From: a bacterium
Lineage (GTDB): Bacteria > Patescibacteriota > Microgenomatia > Woykebacterales > RBG-16-39-9b
DNA: 64,000 nucleotides
Direction: 5' to 3'
Assembly: GCA_030704665.1 (NCBI GenBank)
Contig: JAUYID010000009.1
Coordinates: 522,460-586,459 of the forward strand
In this document: positions 44,205-55,079 of the stretch, in pieces
Layout of the letters: every line of letters starts with the position of its first letter
Numbering within the stretch: position 1 is the stretch's first letter
Position numbers and translations under genes: made by a program
The notes under the pieces: generated by a model
What the model was told of the DNA's origin: nothing
What the model saw: the letters and a program-made list of their open reading frames with translations, nothing else
The model's database searches: none

Positions 44205-46163
44205 TCACTCTGGATCTTGAAGCTTGGGGAGTTTTTTTGGAAAGCGAATTTTATTGAAAATAGGTGGGTAAATCAAGAACAAGAAGACAAGACCAAGGAG
44301 ACTAAGTAGAGAAACTGGGTTGACTGACAAAAAGAATGGTTTGACCAAGGCGGTCTGGTTGAACTCCTGCCTGGTTTCCTCTTTTCCAGCAAAACCAACA
44401 ACCGCTACTTTAATACTTTGCTTTTTTGTGCTTATTAAACTACCGGTGTTTAGTTTTATATCATAGGTTTTACTTTCGAAAGGCAAAAAAGCCTCTTCCT
44501 CAACAGTGTTGGGCGAGTTCAGTCTTGCTCCGGGAACTTCAAAGTAAATTTTTGGTCTCAAAATTGCCTGCCCGGTCGGGTTTTTGATCGTAACTTTGGC
44601 ACTTGAAGGTAAACCACCCAGAACATTGTTAAGGTTGAAAGTAGCCTCAAGTCTCGGTTCTGGTTGGGGTGGTTCGGGTGCAAAAGACACCTCCAGATCA
44701 TCGTTTTCGGCTCCGGTTATTTTATAGCCTCCAGCTGGTATTGGAGTTTGGCTGGAAAGACCGTGAATCGCAAAAACGATGTGGTTGGTATCAAGTTTGT
44801 CAAAGTAGTTCACTCCCCCGGTAGTAGATCCCCAAGTCGGGTCGATTGCAATCCAGCGCTTTTCGTCTTGATCGTAATATTGCGGCCAGGCGTGGAGAAT
44901 GTTTGTCGCTGACAAACCACCAACTTTGATCGGACGAGTATCAGTGTTGTCGGTGTAGGCATAGCCTTCTAACTCGCGAGCTGGAATTCCCGCGGCCCGT
45001 GCCAAAGCGATGAAGAGATCGGTATAGTCAGTACAGATTGCATTGGTCGGTTGTTGCAAAGCCTTGACTGCCCCGAAACGATCCGTTGTTGGCTGATCGA
45101 GCCTCTGGTAGTTGTATTTCAACAGTGAGGTCACATAGTTGTAGATATTACGAGCAGTTTTCAACTCCTTAGCTTTTTTCTGGATCATCGAATTCTCAAC
45201 TTCCCAGTACTTCTGAGCCACTAAGTACTTTTTCAGTTCTGCCTCACTAGAGGCTTGAACTGTTTGTAGTTTTTCGGTTTGGTCGGAAAGTCTGGCAAAA
45301 CCCTCGACTTCTATTTCCAGCTGAGCACGTCCTTTGATCGAATACTCTGCCAAATAATTTCCGTCCCCATCCAAATAGAGTCTTTTGGGTTGCGGAGAAA
45401 TTCTTGAAATCAGAATTTGCTGCTGATCAGTATCCGGAGGAAGAGCAATAGTTCCAAGAGCGGAAAGAAGATTGTTGTTTTTGAGACGGTATTTTAGTTT
45501 GAGCTTAAACTGCTGGGTTGAGCCAAAAAGAGCCGAGATATTGGAATCTTTATCTGCTTTACCAAATTTGTAAGTTCCTTGAGAAGAGTCAACCTTGCTG
45601 CTAGCTGGATCAGGGGTGATAGAGTGCAGAGGCCCAAAACTTTTCGGGACGATCAGACTCAGTTGGTAACTATCAACTTGCTCGGGCGTGGCCACTTTGG
45701 GTAAATTAACTTCCCAGATCAGACCATGCTTGATAGCCAGATCGTCAATAGTGTAATTGATTGTTATCCGGGCAGTTTTGCCCAAACCAACCACAATTTC
45801 TTTGGCAATTGCTTTGATAGTGGTGGAAGTTTTGTTTTTTTTGGTTGTAACTGCAAGAACGCCGGCCCGGTCTGTGGCGGAGACTGCTGAAACGCGGGTT
45901 GAACCAATCGTCAAGCCGTACTCCTGAATTCGATTGTCTTCAGTCTTGTTTTTGAAAGTTACCGTTTGCTTGACCCGAGCTCGACCGGAGCTGTCAAATT
46001 TGAAAGTTATATCGTAGCTAGTACTAAAACAATCGGCTCCTTCACAAGCAAAAACTTGAGTCGGTTGAAAAAAAGGGAAAAGAAGTGAAAACGTTAGTAA
46101 TAGAGGCAGGAAAATTTTTTGCAGATATTTTTTAGGAAACATTACCTTCAATCTTTGACCCAA
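44205..46163 (-). CDS. large secreted protein with transglutaminase-like cysteine protease core
   Basis: CTDYTDLFIALARAAGIPARELEGY...TNILHAWPQYYD (Cys-His-Asp arrangement). Confidence 0.55.
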   Translation of the reverse strand: MGQRLKVMFPKKYLQKIFLPLLLTFSLLFPFFQPTQVFACEGADCFSTSYDITFKFDSSGRARVKQTVTFKNKTEDNRIQEYGLTIGSTRVSAVSATDRAGVLAVTTKKNKTSTTIKAIAKEIVVGLGKTARITINYTIDDLAIKHGLIWEVNLPKVATPEQVDSYQLSLIVPKSFGPLHSITPDPASSKVDSSQGTYKFGKADKDSNISALFGSTQQFKLKLKYRLKNNNLLSALGTIALPPDTDQQQILISRISPQPKRLYLDGDGNYLAEYSIKGRAQLEIEVEGFARLSDQTEKLQTVQASSEAELKKYLVAQKYWEVENSMIQKKAKELKTARNIYNYVTSLLKYNYQRLDQPTTDRFGAVKALQQPTNAICTDYTDLFIALARAAGIPARELEGYAYTDNTDTRPIKVGGLSATNILHAWPQYYDQDEKRWIAIDPTWGSTTGGVNYFDKLDTNHIVFAIHGLSSQTPIPAGGYKITGAENDDLEVSFAPEPPQPEPRLEATFNLNNVLGGLPSSAKVTIKNPTGQAILRPKIYFEVPGARLNSPNTVEEEAFLPFESKTYDIKLNTGSLISTKKQSIKVAVVGFAGKEETRQEFNQTALVKPFFLSVNPVSLLSLLGLVFLFLIYPPIFNKIRFPKKLPKLQDPE

Positions 46164-46528
46164 TTTTTTACTTTAGAAGAAATTTGTTCGGGTGAGAATT
46201 GAGATTTTATTAAATATTCATTGGCTCCCAAAGTTAGGCCCTTTTCGATCATATCTTGTTCATCAAAATTGGAAAGAATAACTACAGGAATATCTTTTGT
46301 TGCTTCTTCGGCACGTAAATGCTGGAGAACTTCAAAGCCATCCATCTCCGGCATTTTGATGTCAAGGTAGATCAGATCAGGTTTTTCTTTCAGCGCCTTG
46401 TCTAGACCTTCTTGACCCGACTCGGCGGTAAACACTGTATAGTCATCCAAAGTAAGCTTTAGTTTGTAAAGCTCCAAAACTTCCTTCTCGTCTTCAATTA
46501 GCAAAACCTTGATTTTTTCTTCAGCCAT
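46148..46528 (-). CDS. CheY-like response-regulator receiver protein
   Basis: KVLLIEDEKEVLELY...PDLIYLDIKMPEMDGFEVL...LSNF. Confidence 0.7.
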   Translation of the reverse strand: MAEEKIKVLLIEDEKEVLELYKLKLTLDDYTVFTAESGQEGLDKALKEKPDLIYLDIKMPEMDGFEVLQHLRAEEATKDIPVVILSNFDEQDMIEKGLTLGANEYLIKSQFSPEQISSKVKNWVKD

Positions 46529-46559
46529 TAGAGTAAAAGGTGAGAAAAGTCTAGCATAA

Positions 46560-48632
46560 TTAGCTTTGCAACGCAACCACAGGCAACCCAAAAGAAAAAA
46601 CGCTCCCGCTTCCCGGAGTAGAAACCAAAGTCAGCCGACCACCGTGCATCTCAACTAGTGATTTGACAATGAAAAGACCCAAACCGGTACCGCGATTTTC
46701 TTTAATGTAGCTACCAGGAACTTGCTGAAATTTTTCAAAAATCTTCGCTTGCAAAGAGGGGGGAATCCCGACCCCATTGTCCTCAACCACAGTAACTATG
46801 TTTTCCGTCTCAATTTGAGTCCGAATTTTTACTTTACCGTGCTCCCGATTGTATTTGATTGCATTGTCAATCAAATTCATCAAAACTTGCTTCATTTTGT
46901 CTCGATCCACCAAAACCAGTTTTCCGTCCGAACCCCGGTCCAAGTCAAGATCCAAATCAATTGCTAGTGAGTCCGCCAAAGGTTTCATCTCGGTAAAGAC
47001 TTCACGGATCAATTCAGTCAAATTAACTTTGCGCAAACGCAATTTAAGTCTTCCTTCCTCAATACGGGAAACGTTTAGCAATTCTTCAACTAGACCAGTC
47101 AAGCGCTTAGTTTCCTTGTAAACTTTTCTGATCGCTTCAAATTGCTGGTGACGAGCAACCTCTTCGGCCGGATCACCCAAATCTCCATTTAGTATTAAAG
47201 ACAAATAACCGTTGATCACGGTCAACGGGGTACGCAATTCATGCGAGGCAATTGAAACAAATTCTGATTTAGCGACGTCAAGTTCTTTCAAACCAGTGAT
47301 GTCACGAATCACGCCAATACACTGAATGACCTTTCTGTTTTCACCTAAAATTGGTGTGTAGGACGTTCCCACCCATCTTTCGGTTCCCTCTGGAGCGCTG
47401 TGAATGTGCTCGTCATAAGGAATTGGCTCAAGAGTCTGATAAACTTTTCTGGCTGGAGAAAATTCGGGAAAGTAGTGTCCATGGGCATCGTGGCAACCAA
47501 AAACTTCATAGGCGTATTTGCCGATTGCTTCCTTTTCTTCAATTCCGGCCATCAACTCACAAGCTCCGTTCATGGCTAAGATTTTCATATCCTTGTCCAT
47601 AATATAAATTCCTTCTTCGACATTTTCAAAAATTGCCTCCCAACGGTTTCTTTGTCTTTCAACCTCAAGTAAGTTTTGGCCAATTTCTTCAGCTTGCGCT
47701 TTGAGAATGCTAACATCTCGAAAACTACCGATCATTCCCAAAACATTTTTCGCCCGGTCAACAATTGGGATATAGTTTGCCTCGATGTACTTGACAGGGT
47801 GAGAATGAACCTTAATCATGATGTTGGTCACTGCTTGACCAGAAAAGACTTTCTTCTGCGTCTCCCAGCTATCATCCGATCTTTCCTGGAAATGGGCGAA
47901 ATACTTGTCCCGATGCTTAAGGATCTCCTCCCTAGTGACTCCAACCAGGCTAGTTTTTATTCCAAAAAGTTTTTCGAGAGAAGGGTTGGTATAAACAACT
48001 CTCCCTTCTTTGTCGTAAAGAGTTAATCCATCTCGTGTGTGGTTGTAAATCAAATCCATTTTGTTCTTCTCTTCTTCCAAGTGATTTTCGATCCGCTCTC
48101 TATCTTCTATTTCTCTTCTCAAGGCTTCGTTAGTTTTCTGAAGATCAACAGTTCGATCAAAAACTCTTTTTTCTAGTTCCGCATGGGAGATTTGTAGCTC
48201 TTCTGCAACACGCTTCTGTTCAGTAACATCAGTGGAAACCACCGTGAGGGCAACAATTTTTTTGTCTTTTCGAATTGGACCCACATTACTGCGATACCAA
48301 GCCTTTCCCCCCTCAAAGGCTGGTCCCTCAACTTCGTAAGTCTGGGTTTTCCCAGTCTTGAAAACTCGGGCAAAGGCCTTTTTCATGATCGGTCGGTATT
48401 CTTTGTCCACGTAGTCAAAAGAGCTTGAACCAAGTACTTGTTCGTATGTCAGACTCGGGACCAGACGATTAATGAATTGAATTGCACCTTTGCGGTCAAC
48501 TGTAAAAATGAAGTCGGGGACGTTTTTGACAACAGAATCAAAAAGCTCCTGGGTAAGCGTCGGGGTTTTTTCAGAGGCTGGCTCTTTTTTAGTTTTTTCG
48601 CTTCTTTTCATTGCTGGAAGTTTCTTCACCAA
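46560..48632 (-). CDS. PAS-domain sensor histidine kinase
   Basis: multiple PAS, H-box SHELRTPLT, N/G boxes GTGLGLFIVKSLVEMHGGRL. Confidence 0.85.
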   Translation of the reverse strand: MVKKLPAMKRSEKTKKEPASEKTPTLTQELFDSVVKNVPDFIFTVDRKGAIQFINRLVPSLTYEQVLGSSSFDYVDKEYRPIMKKAFARVFKTGKTQTYEVEGPAFEGGKAWYRSNVGPIRKDKKIVALTVVSTDVTEQKRVAEELQISHAELEKRVFDRTVDLQKTNEALRREIEDRERIENHLEEEKNKMDLIYNHTRDGLTLYDKEGRVVYTNPSLEKLFGIKTSLVGVTREEILKHRDKYFAHFQERSDDSWETQKKVFSGQAVTNIMIKVHSHPVKYIEANYIPIVDRAKNVLGMIGSFRDVSILKAQAEEIGQNLLEVERQRNRWEAIFENVEEGIYIMDKDMKILAMNGACELMAGIEEKEAIGKYAYEVFGCHDAHGHYFPEFSPARKVYQTLEPIPYDEHIHSAPEGTERWVGTSYTPILGENRKVIQCIGVIRDITGLKELDVAKSEFVSIASHELRTPLTVINGYLSLILNGDLGDPAEEVARHQQFEAIRKVYKETKRLTGLVEELLNVSRIEEGRLKLRLRKVNLTELIREVFTEMKPLADSLAIDLDLDLDRGSDGKLVLVDRDKMKQVLMNLIDNAIKYNREHGKVKIRTQIETENIVTVVEDNGVGIPPSLQAKIFEKFQQVPGSYIKENRGTGLGLFIVKSLVEMHGGRLTLVSTPGSGSVFSFGLPVVALQS

Positions 48633-48737
48633 AAACTAACCATCTAGGTGGTTATTTTACAACTATCTTACAACCTTTTGTTATAGCCCTACTATAAACT
48701 TATTTTCTTGGGAAATCAAGCAGGAGAGTTGTAAAAT

Positions 48738-51566
48738 TTATTTTTGGCTGACCAAAGGCTTTAAATAAGCTCCGGTAAAAGACCTTGCTTGCTTGGCAAT
48801 CTTCTCCGGCTCCCCACTTGCCACTAGTTCCCCTCCCCGTACACCACCTTCTGGCCCCAGGTCAATGATCCAATCGGCAGTACGAATCACGTCAAGGTTG
48901 TGCTCAATGACGAGAACACTGTTTCCCACTTCAACCAGTCGGTGTAAAACAGTCAGAAGATTTTCAATGTCAGCAAAGTGCAGCCCAGTGGTTGGCTCAT
49001 CGAGAATATAAAGCGTCCCACCAGTACTTCTTTTGGCCAACTCAGTTGCCAACTTAACCCGTTGGGCTTCCCCACCCGAAAGAGTGGTCGCCGGCTGACC
49101 CAAGCGGATATAGCCAAGTCCAACTTCATCTAAAGTTTTTAGTTTCGAGGAAATAGCCGGAATGTTTTCAAAAAAACTGACTGCTTCGGAAACAGTCATG
49201 TTCAAAACCTGAGAAATGTTTTTACCTTTGTAAAAAATTTCTAAAGCCTCACGGTTGTAACGCGCCCCAGCACAAACTTCGCAAGTCACGTACACATCCG
49301 GCAAAAACTGCATCTCTACCTTGATAACACCATCCCCTTGGCAGTTTTCGCACCTTCCTCCTCTGACGTTAAAAGAGAACCTACCAGGTTGGTAACCCCT
49401 GGTTCGGGCTTCAGCGGTTTTTGAAAAAATGTCCCGAATGTAGATAAAAGCTCCGGTGTAAGTTGCTGGATTCGAACGTGGGGTACGACCGATTGGGGAC
49501 TGGTCAATGGCAATGACTTTGTCAATCTTTTCCGTGCCAAGAATTTCTTTGAAAGCTCCGGGTCGGTCCTTGGCACGGTAAAACTTCGCGGCCAGTGCTT
49601 TGTAAAGGATGTCCCAAATTAAAGTTGATTTTCCTGATCCAGACAAACCGGTGACGCAAACAAATTTGCCAAGCGGAATTGAAACATCAATTTTTTTCAA
49701 ATTGTGTTCGGCAGCACCAACTATTTTGATCTCACCTACCTCAGCTCTTTTCTTCGCAAAACTTTTTCGGCTCACCACTTTTTTCCCAGAGAGAAACTCT
49801 CCGGTGATTGATTTTGGGTTCCTGGCGATATCATCTGGTCTTCCTTGGGCAACAATTTCCCCACCGTTTTCACCTGCTCCCGGACCAACGTCGACGACCC
49901 AATCCGCAGCCCGAATTGTTTCCTCGTCGTGCTCAACAACAATGACGGTGTTGCCCAGTTCTCGCAGTTTTTTCAGAGTCTCAATGAGCTTTGAATTATC
50001 TCGCTGGTGTAAACCAATCGAAGGCTCGTCAAGGACGTAAAGAACACCCGAAAGCCCAGAGCCGATTTGGGAGGCAAGACGAATTCTTTGTGCTTCTCCT
50101 CCGGCCAAAGTCGCCCCAGTCCGGTTTATAGTCAAATAGTCCAAACCAACATTAATTAAAAATTTCAACCTTTCCTGAATCTCTTTTAAAACTTGTTTCG
50201 CTACCAAAGCTTCATTTTCTGCTAGTTTAAGATTGCTGAACCAGTCCGAAACTTGAGAAATTGCTAGTGCGGAAACTTCAACAATTGATTTATTCTTGAT
50301 AGTAACAAAGGCAGCTTCTTTTTTTAAGCGACTACCGAAGCAAAGGTCACATACTTCCTCCCGCATGTATTTTTCAATTTCCTTTTTGACCCAATCACTT
50401 TCTGTTTCCTGATAGCGGCGTAGCATCTCAGGAACCACTCCTTCAAAAGTAGTTGAGAAGCGGATATTGCGCCCGAAGCGGTTGCGTCCAGAAACTTCAA
50501 GAACATCCTGCGAAGAGCCGTACAGAACTTTGTCTAGGATATCTTTGGGCAAATCTTTGATTGGAGTACTTAAAGAAAAGTTTAGCTCGGTGGCGAGAGC
50601 CTCGAGGCGGCGGGCGGTCCAGTTGTCATGGGCAAGAGTTCGGCTCCAGGGAATGATTGCCCCCTCGCTGATTGATAAAGTCTTGTTGGGAAGAACCAGC
50701 TCGGGATCAACCGTAAGTTTGGTCCCCAAACCAGAACAGCCCGGACAAGCCCCGTGGGGTGAATTAAAAGAAAAAGTTCTTGGCTCAAGTTCGGGCAAAG
50801 AAACGTCGTGCTCGGGACAAGAAAATTTCTCTGAAAAAAGCCGATCCTTTTCACCTTCAACGTTGATATGAATCAAACCCTCCCCAAGTTTAAGAGCCAC
50901 TTCAACCGAATCAGTCAGCCTCTGTCTTTCAATCGGCAAAACCAGTCGATCCACGACAACTTCAATGTTGTGGATTTTGTAACGATCAAGACTAGGAGTT
51001 TCGTCAATTTCGTAAACTTTCCCATCGACACGGGCTCGTACAAAACCCTTTTTCTTCAAATCCAGGAAAACCTCGTCATAAATCCCCTTCCTGCCTTTGA
51101 CGATTGGGGCAAGTAGCAAAATTTTCTTGTCCTTTTCTAGACTCAAAATTTGATCAACTATTTCCTGAGTTGACTGAGCTGCTATCTCCTTTCCATCCAC
51201 CGGGCAATGAGGATGCCCAACTCGAGCCCAAAGCAAACGCATGTAGTCATAAATTTCGGTGATGGTGCCAACTGTCGAACGTGGGTTTTTCGAAGCCGAC
51301 TTCTGGTCAATAGAAATTGCCGGTGAAAGCCCTTCGATCTGATCGACATCGGGCTTTTCCATCAAACCTAAAAATTGGCGCGCGTAAGCTGAGAGAGATT
51401 CAACGTAGCGGCGCTGCCCTTCCGCATAAATCGTGTCGAAGGCGAGTGAACTTTTCCCCGAACCGGAAATGCCGGTGATAACAACCAAAGAGTTTTTGGG
51501 AATTTCTAGATTCACATTTTTGAGATTGTGCTCACGGGCGCCGCGAATGACGATTTTGTCTACCAT
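48738..51566 (-). CDS. uvrA: excinuclease ABC subunit A
   Basis: tandem ABC ATPase modules ([12 protein letters not shown] / [10 protein letters not shown]), zinc fingers; start at MVDKIVIRG. Confidence 0.9.
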   Translation of the reverse strand: MVDKIVIRGAREHNLKNVNLEIPKNSLVVITGISGSGKSSLAFDTIYAEGQRRYVESLSAYARQFLGLMEKPDVDQIEGLSPAISIDQKSASKNPRSTVGTITEIYDYMRLLWARVGHPHCPVDGKEIAAQSTQEIVDQILSLEKDKKILLLAPIVKGRKGIYDEVFLDLKKKGFVRARVDGKVYEIDETPSLDRYKIHNIEVVVDRLVLPIERQRLTDSVEVALKLGEGLIHINVEGEKDRLFSEKFSCPEHDVSLPELEPRTFSFNSPHGACPGCSGLGTKLTVDPELVLPNKTLSISEGAIIPWSRTLAHDNWTARRLEALATELNFSLSTPIKDLPKDILDKVLYGSSQDVLEVSGRNRFGRNIRFSTTFEGVVPEMLRRYQETESDWVKKEIEKYMREEVCDLCFGSRLKKEAAFVTIKNKSIVEVSALAISQVSDWFSNLKLAENEALVAKQVLKEIQERLKFLINVGLDYLTINRTGATLAGGEAQRIRLASQIGSGLSGVLYVLDEPSIGLHQRDNSKLIETLKKLRELGNTVIVVEHDEETIRAADWVVDVGPGAGENGGEIVAQGRPDDIARNPKSITGEFLSGKKVVSRKSFAKKRAEVGEIKIVGAAEHNLKKIDVSIPLGKFVCVTGLSGSGKSTLIWDILYKALAAKFYRAKDRPGAFKEILGTEKIDKVIAIDQSPIGRTPRSNPATYTGAFIYIRDIFSKTAEARTRGYQPGRFSFNVRGGRCENCQGDGVIKVEMQFLPDVYVTCEVCAGARYNREALEIFYKGKNISQVLNMTVSEAVSFFENIPAISSKLKTLDEVGLGYIRLGQPATTLSGGEAQRVKLATELAKRSTGGTLYILDEPTTGLHFADIENLLTVLHRLVEVGNSVLVIEHNLDVIRTADWIIDLGPEGGVRGGELVASGEPEKIAKQARSFTGAYLKPLVSQK

Positions 51567-51634
51567 AAAAAGAGTAAATAAGCCGAAAAATTCTACCAGA
51601 AAAAGCAAGTTGAAACAATATCTAGGAGCTAAGT

Positions 51635-53008
51635 CTAATGTTTTTTAATAACAAAATAGGCAAGATTAGGTTCTTCGGTAAGAGTATCAATTTTGCGAAA
51701 ATCGTCACGATAAACCCCTTCGAGAGATACGCCCTTAATTTTTTCAACTACAAATAGTACCTCTCTTAAGTACCACATTTTTTCTGTCATTGACTCACGT
51801 TTCCAATCTGACCAGGCACCGTCAGGATCACGAGTTCTTATAAAAACATCAAAGTTAATAAAGTTCTTTTTTGTGTCCTGATGGTTCAGCCAAATTCGGT
51901 GAAACCTCTCAGTCGCGAAGATAGTAATTGGTTGGGAATAAAAATCAATTTGCCAGCCTTGGAAAGTCCTGATATCAAAGACCAAAATTCCGTCTTTATC
52001 CAAAATATTTACTAATCGTGAAACCATCTCCTCAAGTTGTATCGGATTTAAAGCAAAATTTGAACTGTAGTCAGTCCAAACTACCGCCGCTGCAGGTTTG
52101 TCAATACTCACAGTTCGTATATCAGCCTCGAAAAGTTCAATGTTCGGATAACCAGCACTTAATCTAAAGGCTTCGGAAAGCATAGGTCGAGAATTATCAA
52201 AAGCTTTTATTTTGGAAAAACCCTGTGAAACTAGTTGTCTTGCAAGTGCTGCCGTACCGCAAGCCGCCTCTACTACCAACGCATCTTTGGGAATTTTATA
52301 ACTTTCAAGAATTTCTTTGGCAAACCTTGCTACACCAGATTGTATATAATCTGGACTATCCTCATTGTAAACAGGGGCAAAAACTGCCCAGGCCGGCTGT
52401 TTTTTGAGAGATCCAAGCTTCTTTTCAATTTCAGCAGCTACTTTTTCGGGGTTTGTATCTGCCTCTCTAGCCCATTCCCCAAACTGTCCTGGCTCCTGCT
52501 TGGCGAGCTGTCGAAGTCTTGCTAAAGCAATAGAGTGGAGACTATCCGCCGAAGTATCTAAAGTCTGCATTGAGTTTTCGGAACGCCCGCTTAAAGCGTT
52601 TTTCAAGAAGCCCGCTACAATTCCTTTGGCTTCTTCTTCAGTTTCATAGGAATTACCTTGAAGCAAGTCATGGGTAATATAAGAACTGAAATCTTTGCCT
52701 TGAGCTAAAATTAATGTTGGTTTATGAAAAAGCAGGGCCAGCGTTAACTCATGACCCACTCTAATATCTTCTTCCGTTGCTTCGATAATTACCACATCAG
52801 CAGAGGCAATTCCTTGCCTAATAAAGGCGTAATGGGCTTGTTCTTTATTTAAGCCTTGGCGCTGTAGTTTATCGAGAGAAGCAAAATACCGATTAGTGTC
52901 TTCAGGGGTAATAACCCGATCACTTTTCCTAATAGTAGCAACAATAGCATCTATAAAGGTTTGATAGTGTTTTTTGCCGGAGAACGGAGTCGTGAAGAAA
53001 ACATTCAT
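51635..53008 (-). CDS. fusion protein: N-terminal nucleoside-2-deoxyribosyltransferase-like Rossmann domain + C-terminal class I SAM-dependent methyltransferase
   Basis: N-terminus [11 protein letters not shown]...[31 protein letters not shown] (NDT/SLOG-like); C-terminus [16 protein letters not shown] (motif I), FDNS, LVFDI. Confidence 0.5.
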   Translation of the reverse strand: MNVFFTTPFSGKKHYQTFIDAIVATIRKSDRVITPEDTNRYFASLDKLQRQGLNKEQAHYAFIRQGIASADVVIIEATEEDIRVGHELTLALLFHKPTLILAQGKDFSSYITHDLLQGNSYETEEEAKGIVAGFLKNALSGRSENSMQTLDTSADSLHSIALARLRQLAKQEPGQFGEWAREADTNPEKVAAEIEKKLGSLKKQPAWAVFAPVYNEDSPDYIQSGVARFAKEILESYKIPKDALVVEAACGTAALARQLVSQGFSKIKAFDNSRPMLSEAFRLSAGYPNIELFEADIRTVSIDKPAAAVVWTDYSSNFALNPIQLEEMVSRLVNILDKDGILVFDIRTFQGWQIDFYSQPITIFATERFHRIWLNHQDTKKNFINFDVFIRTRDPDGAWSDWKRESMTEKMWYLREVLFVVEKIKGVSLEGVYRDDFRKIDTLTEEPNLAYFVIKKH

Positions 53009-53033
53009 AATACAAAAACTATAGCATAGGGAA

Positions 53034-55049
53034 CTAGATCTTTTTCCCCTGAGCAGTGATTGTCTTTGGAACCGCAACCTCTTCTTTTTTAAGTTCCATG
53101 ATTTGGTCGCGGATCAGTGCGGCGCGCTCAAACTGCAGATCTTCGGCTGCCGCTTTCATCGTTGCTTCTAGATCCTTGATCAGTTTTTTGACTTGATCAG
53201 CGGGAACTTTGGTCAGATCCAGTTCTTCAACTGTGGTTGCCTCCGGCTGGATCTCACTCAAACGCTCCCCAATGTCATGCAAGGCTTTTTCGACAGTTGT
53301 CGCGGTGATGCCGTGGTCTTCGTTGTATTTGATCTGAACCGCCCGCCGCCGGTCAGTTTCGCTGATAGCTTCCTTCATTGAACCAGTGACTCGGTCAGCA
53401 TACATTATTACTTTAGAATTAACTCGACGAGCCGCCCGTCCGATAGTCTGGATTAATGAAGTTTTGTTGCGCAGAAAGCCTTCTTTGTCCGCATCCATGA
53501 TCGCCACCAGAGAAACTTCAGGTAAATCCAGTCCTTCTCTGAGCAAGTTCACCCCAACTAAAACATCATAAATTCCCCGCCGCAAATCTTTCAAAATCTG
53601 AACTCTCTCGAGCGTATCAACCTCAAAATGGATGTACATGACCTTGATCTCCCGTTCCTGAAGGTATTCGGTCAAGTCTTCGGCCATCCGCTTTGTTAAG
53701 GTTGTCACCAAAACTCTCTCGTTTTTCTTGACCCTTTGGTCAATTTCGGAGATCAAATCGGGAATTTGCCCTTTGGTGCCTCGCACTTCAACTTCAGGAT
53801 CAACCACGCCGGTCGGACGGATGATCTGCTCGACCACTTGAGTAGATAAAGAAATTTCGTAGTTCTGCGGGGTGGCGGAAGTGTAAATCACTTGGTTGAG
53901 TTTGCGGAAAAACTCATCGTAGCTCAGAGGTCGGTTGTCCAGCGCCGAGGGCAAACGGAAACCGTGATCAATCAAGGTTGTTTTCCGTGCCTTCTCTCCG
54001 TGCCACATTCCCCGTACCTGCGGCAAGCTCATGTGTGATTCATCGACAATCAGTAAAAAATCTTTGGGAAAATAATCTATCAGTGTGTACGGCGCCTCAC
54101 CTGGCGCTCGATGATCGAAATAGCGTGAATAGTTCTCAATTCCGTTGCAATAACCCAGCTGCTCCATCATTTCCAAATCATAGTTGGTTCGCTGTTCCAA
54201 TCTTTGCGCCTCAACCAATCTGTCATTCTTTTTTAAATACTTCAGCCTTTCGGCAAGTTCTGCTCGAATTTGCTTGATTGGGCTAGCAATATCTTCCTCC
54301 TCCATCTGATAGTGACGGGTGGGAAAAATCAAAATTTCTTCAAGCTCTTCTTCGAGATCAAAGCTAGTCGCGTTGAGTTTACTTATTTTTTCAATTTCAT
54401 CACCGAAAAAACTGACGCGGAGAGCAAACTGTTCGTAGGCGGGATAAAGCTCGAGAATGTCCCCTTTGATTCGAAAAGTTCCACGCCGCAGATCAGTATT
54501 GTTGCGCTCGTACTGCAAATCAATCAAGCGTTTGGCCAGGTCTCCAAGTAAAAATTTCTGGCCTTTCAACAAACCCACTGTGCTTTGGCGGTAAGCAACT
54601 GGGTTGCCCAAGTTGTAAATGCAGGAGACTGAAGCGACAATAATGACGTCTTTCCTGGTCATTAGGGCTTTGGTTGCCGCCAAACGCAGTCGGTCAATTT
54701 CCTCATTGATATCGGCATCTTTTTCAATGTAAAGATCGATTTTGGGAACATAGCTCTCGGGCTGATAATAATCATAGTAACTGACAAAATATTCCACCGC
54801 GCTTTCAGGGAAAAACTCGCGAAATTCCGCAGCTAGTTGAGCGGCCAAAGTCTTGTTGTGGGCTAGAACCAAAGTTGGCTTCTGGATCTGATCAATGACA
54901 TTGGCAATCGTGAATGTTTTGCCCGTACCCGTGGCTCCAAGCAAAGTCTGGTGTTTATCGCCGCGTTGGATTCCGGCCACAAGTTTTTCGATCGCCGCTG
55001 GTTGGTCTCCGGTAGGAATAAAGGGCGCGTGCAGTTTAAATTTGCCCAT
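53034..55049 (-). CDS. uvrB: excinuclease ABC subunit B
   Basis: GATGTGKTF, helicase motifs, C-terminal UVR motif. Confidence 0.9.
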   Translation of the reverse strand: MGKFKLHAPFIPTGDQPAAIEKLVAGIQRGDKHQTLLGATGTGKTFTIANVIDQIQKPTLVLAHNKTLAAQLAAEFREFFPESAVEYFVSYYDYYQPESYVPKIDLYIEKDADINEEIDRLRLAATKALMTRKDVIIVASVSCIYNLGNPVAYRQSTVGLLKGQKFLLGDLAKRLIDLQYERNNTDLRRGTFRIKGDILELYPAYEQFALRVSFFGDEIEKISKLNATSFDLEEELEEILIFPTRHYQMEEEDIASPIKQIRAELAERLKYLKKNDRLVEAQRLEQRTNYDLEMMEQLGYCNGIENYSRYFDHRAPGEAPYTLIDYFPKDFLLIVDESHMSLPQVRGMWHGEKARKTTLIDHGFRLPSALDNRPLSYDEFFRKLNQVIYTSATPQNYEISLSTQVVEQIIRPTGVVDPEVEVRGTKGQIPDLISEIDQRVKKNERVLVTTLTKRMAEDLTEYLQEREIKVMYIHFEVDTLERVQILKDLRRGIYDVLVGVNLLREGLDLPEVSLVAIMDADKEGFLRNKTSLIQTIGRAARRVNSKVIMYADRVTGSMKEAISETDRRRAVQIKYNEDHGITATTVEKALHDIGERLSEIQPEATTVEELDLTKVPADQVKKLIKDLEATMKAAAEDLQFERAALIRDQIMELKKEEVAVPKTITAQGKKI

Positions 55050-55079
55050 TGGAATTTCTATTGTAGCTCAGAAGTAAAG

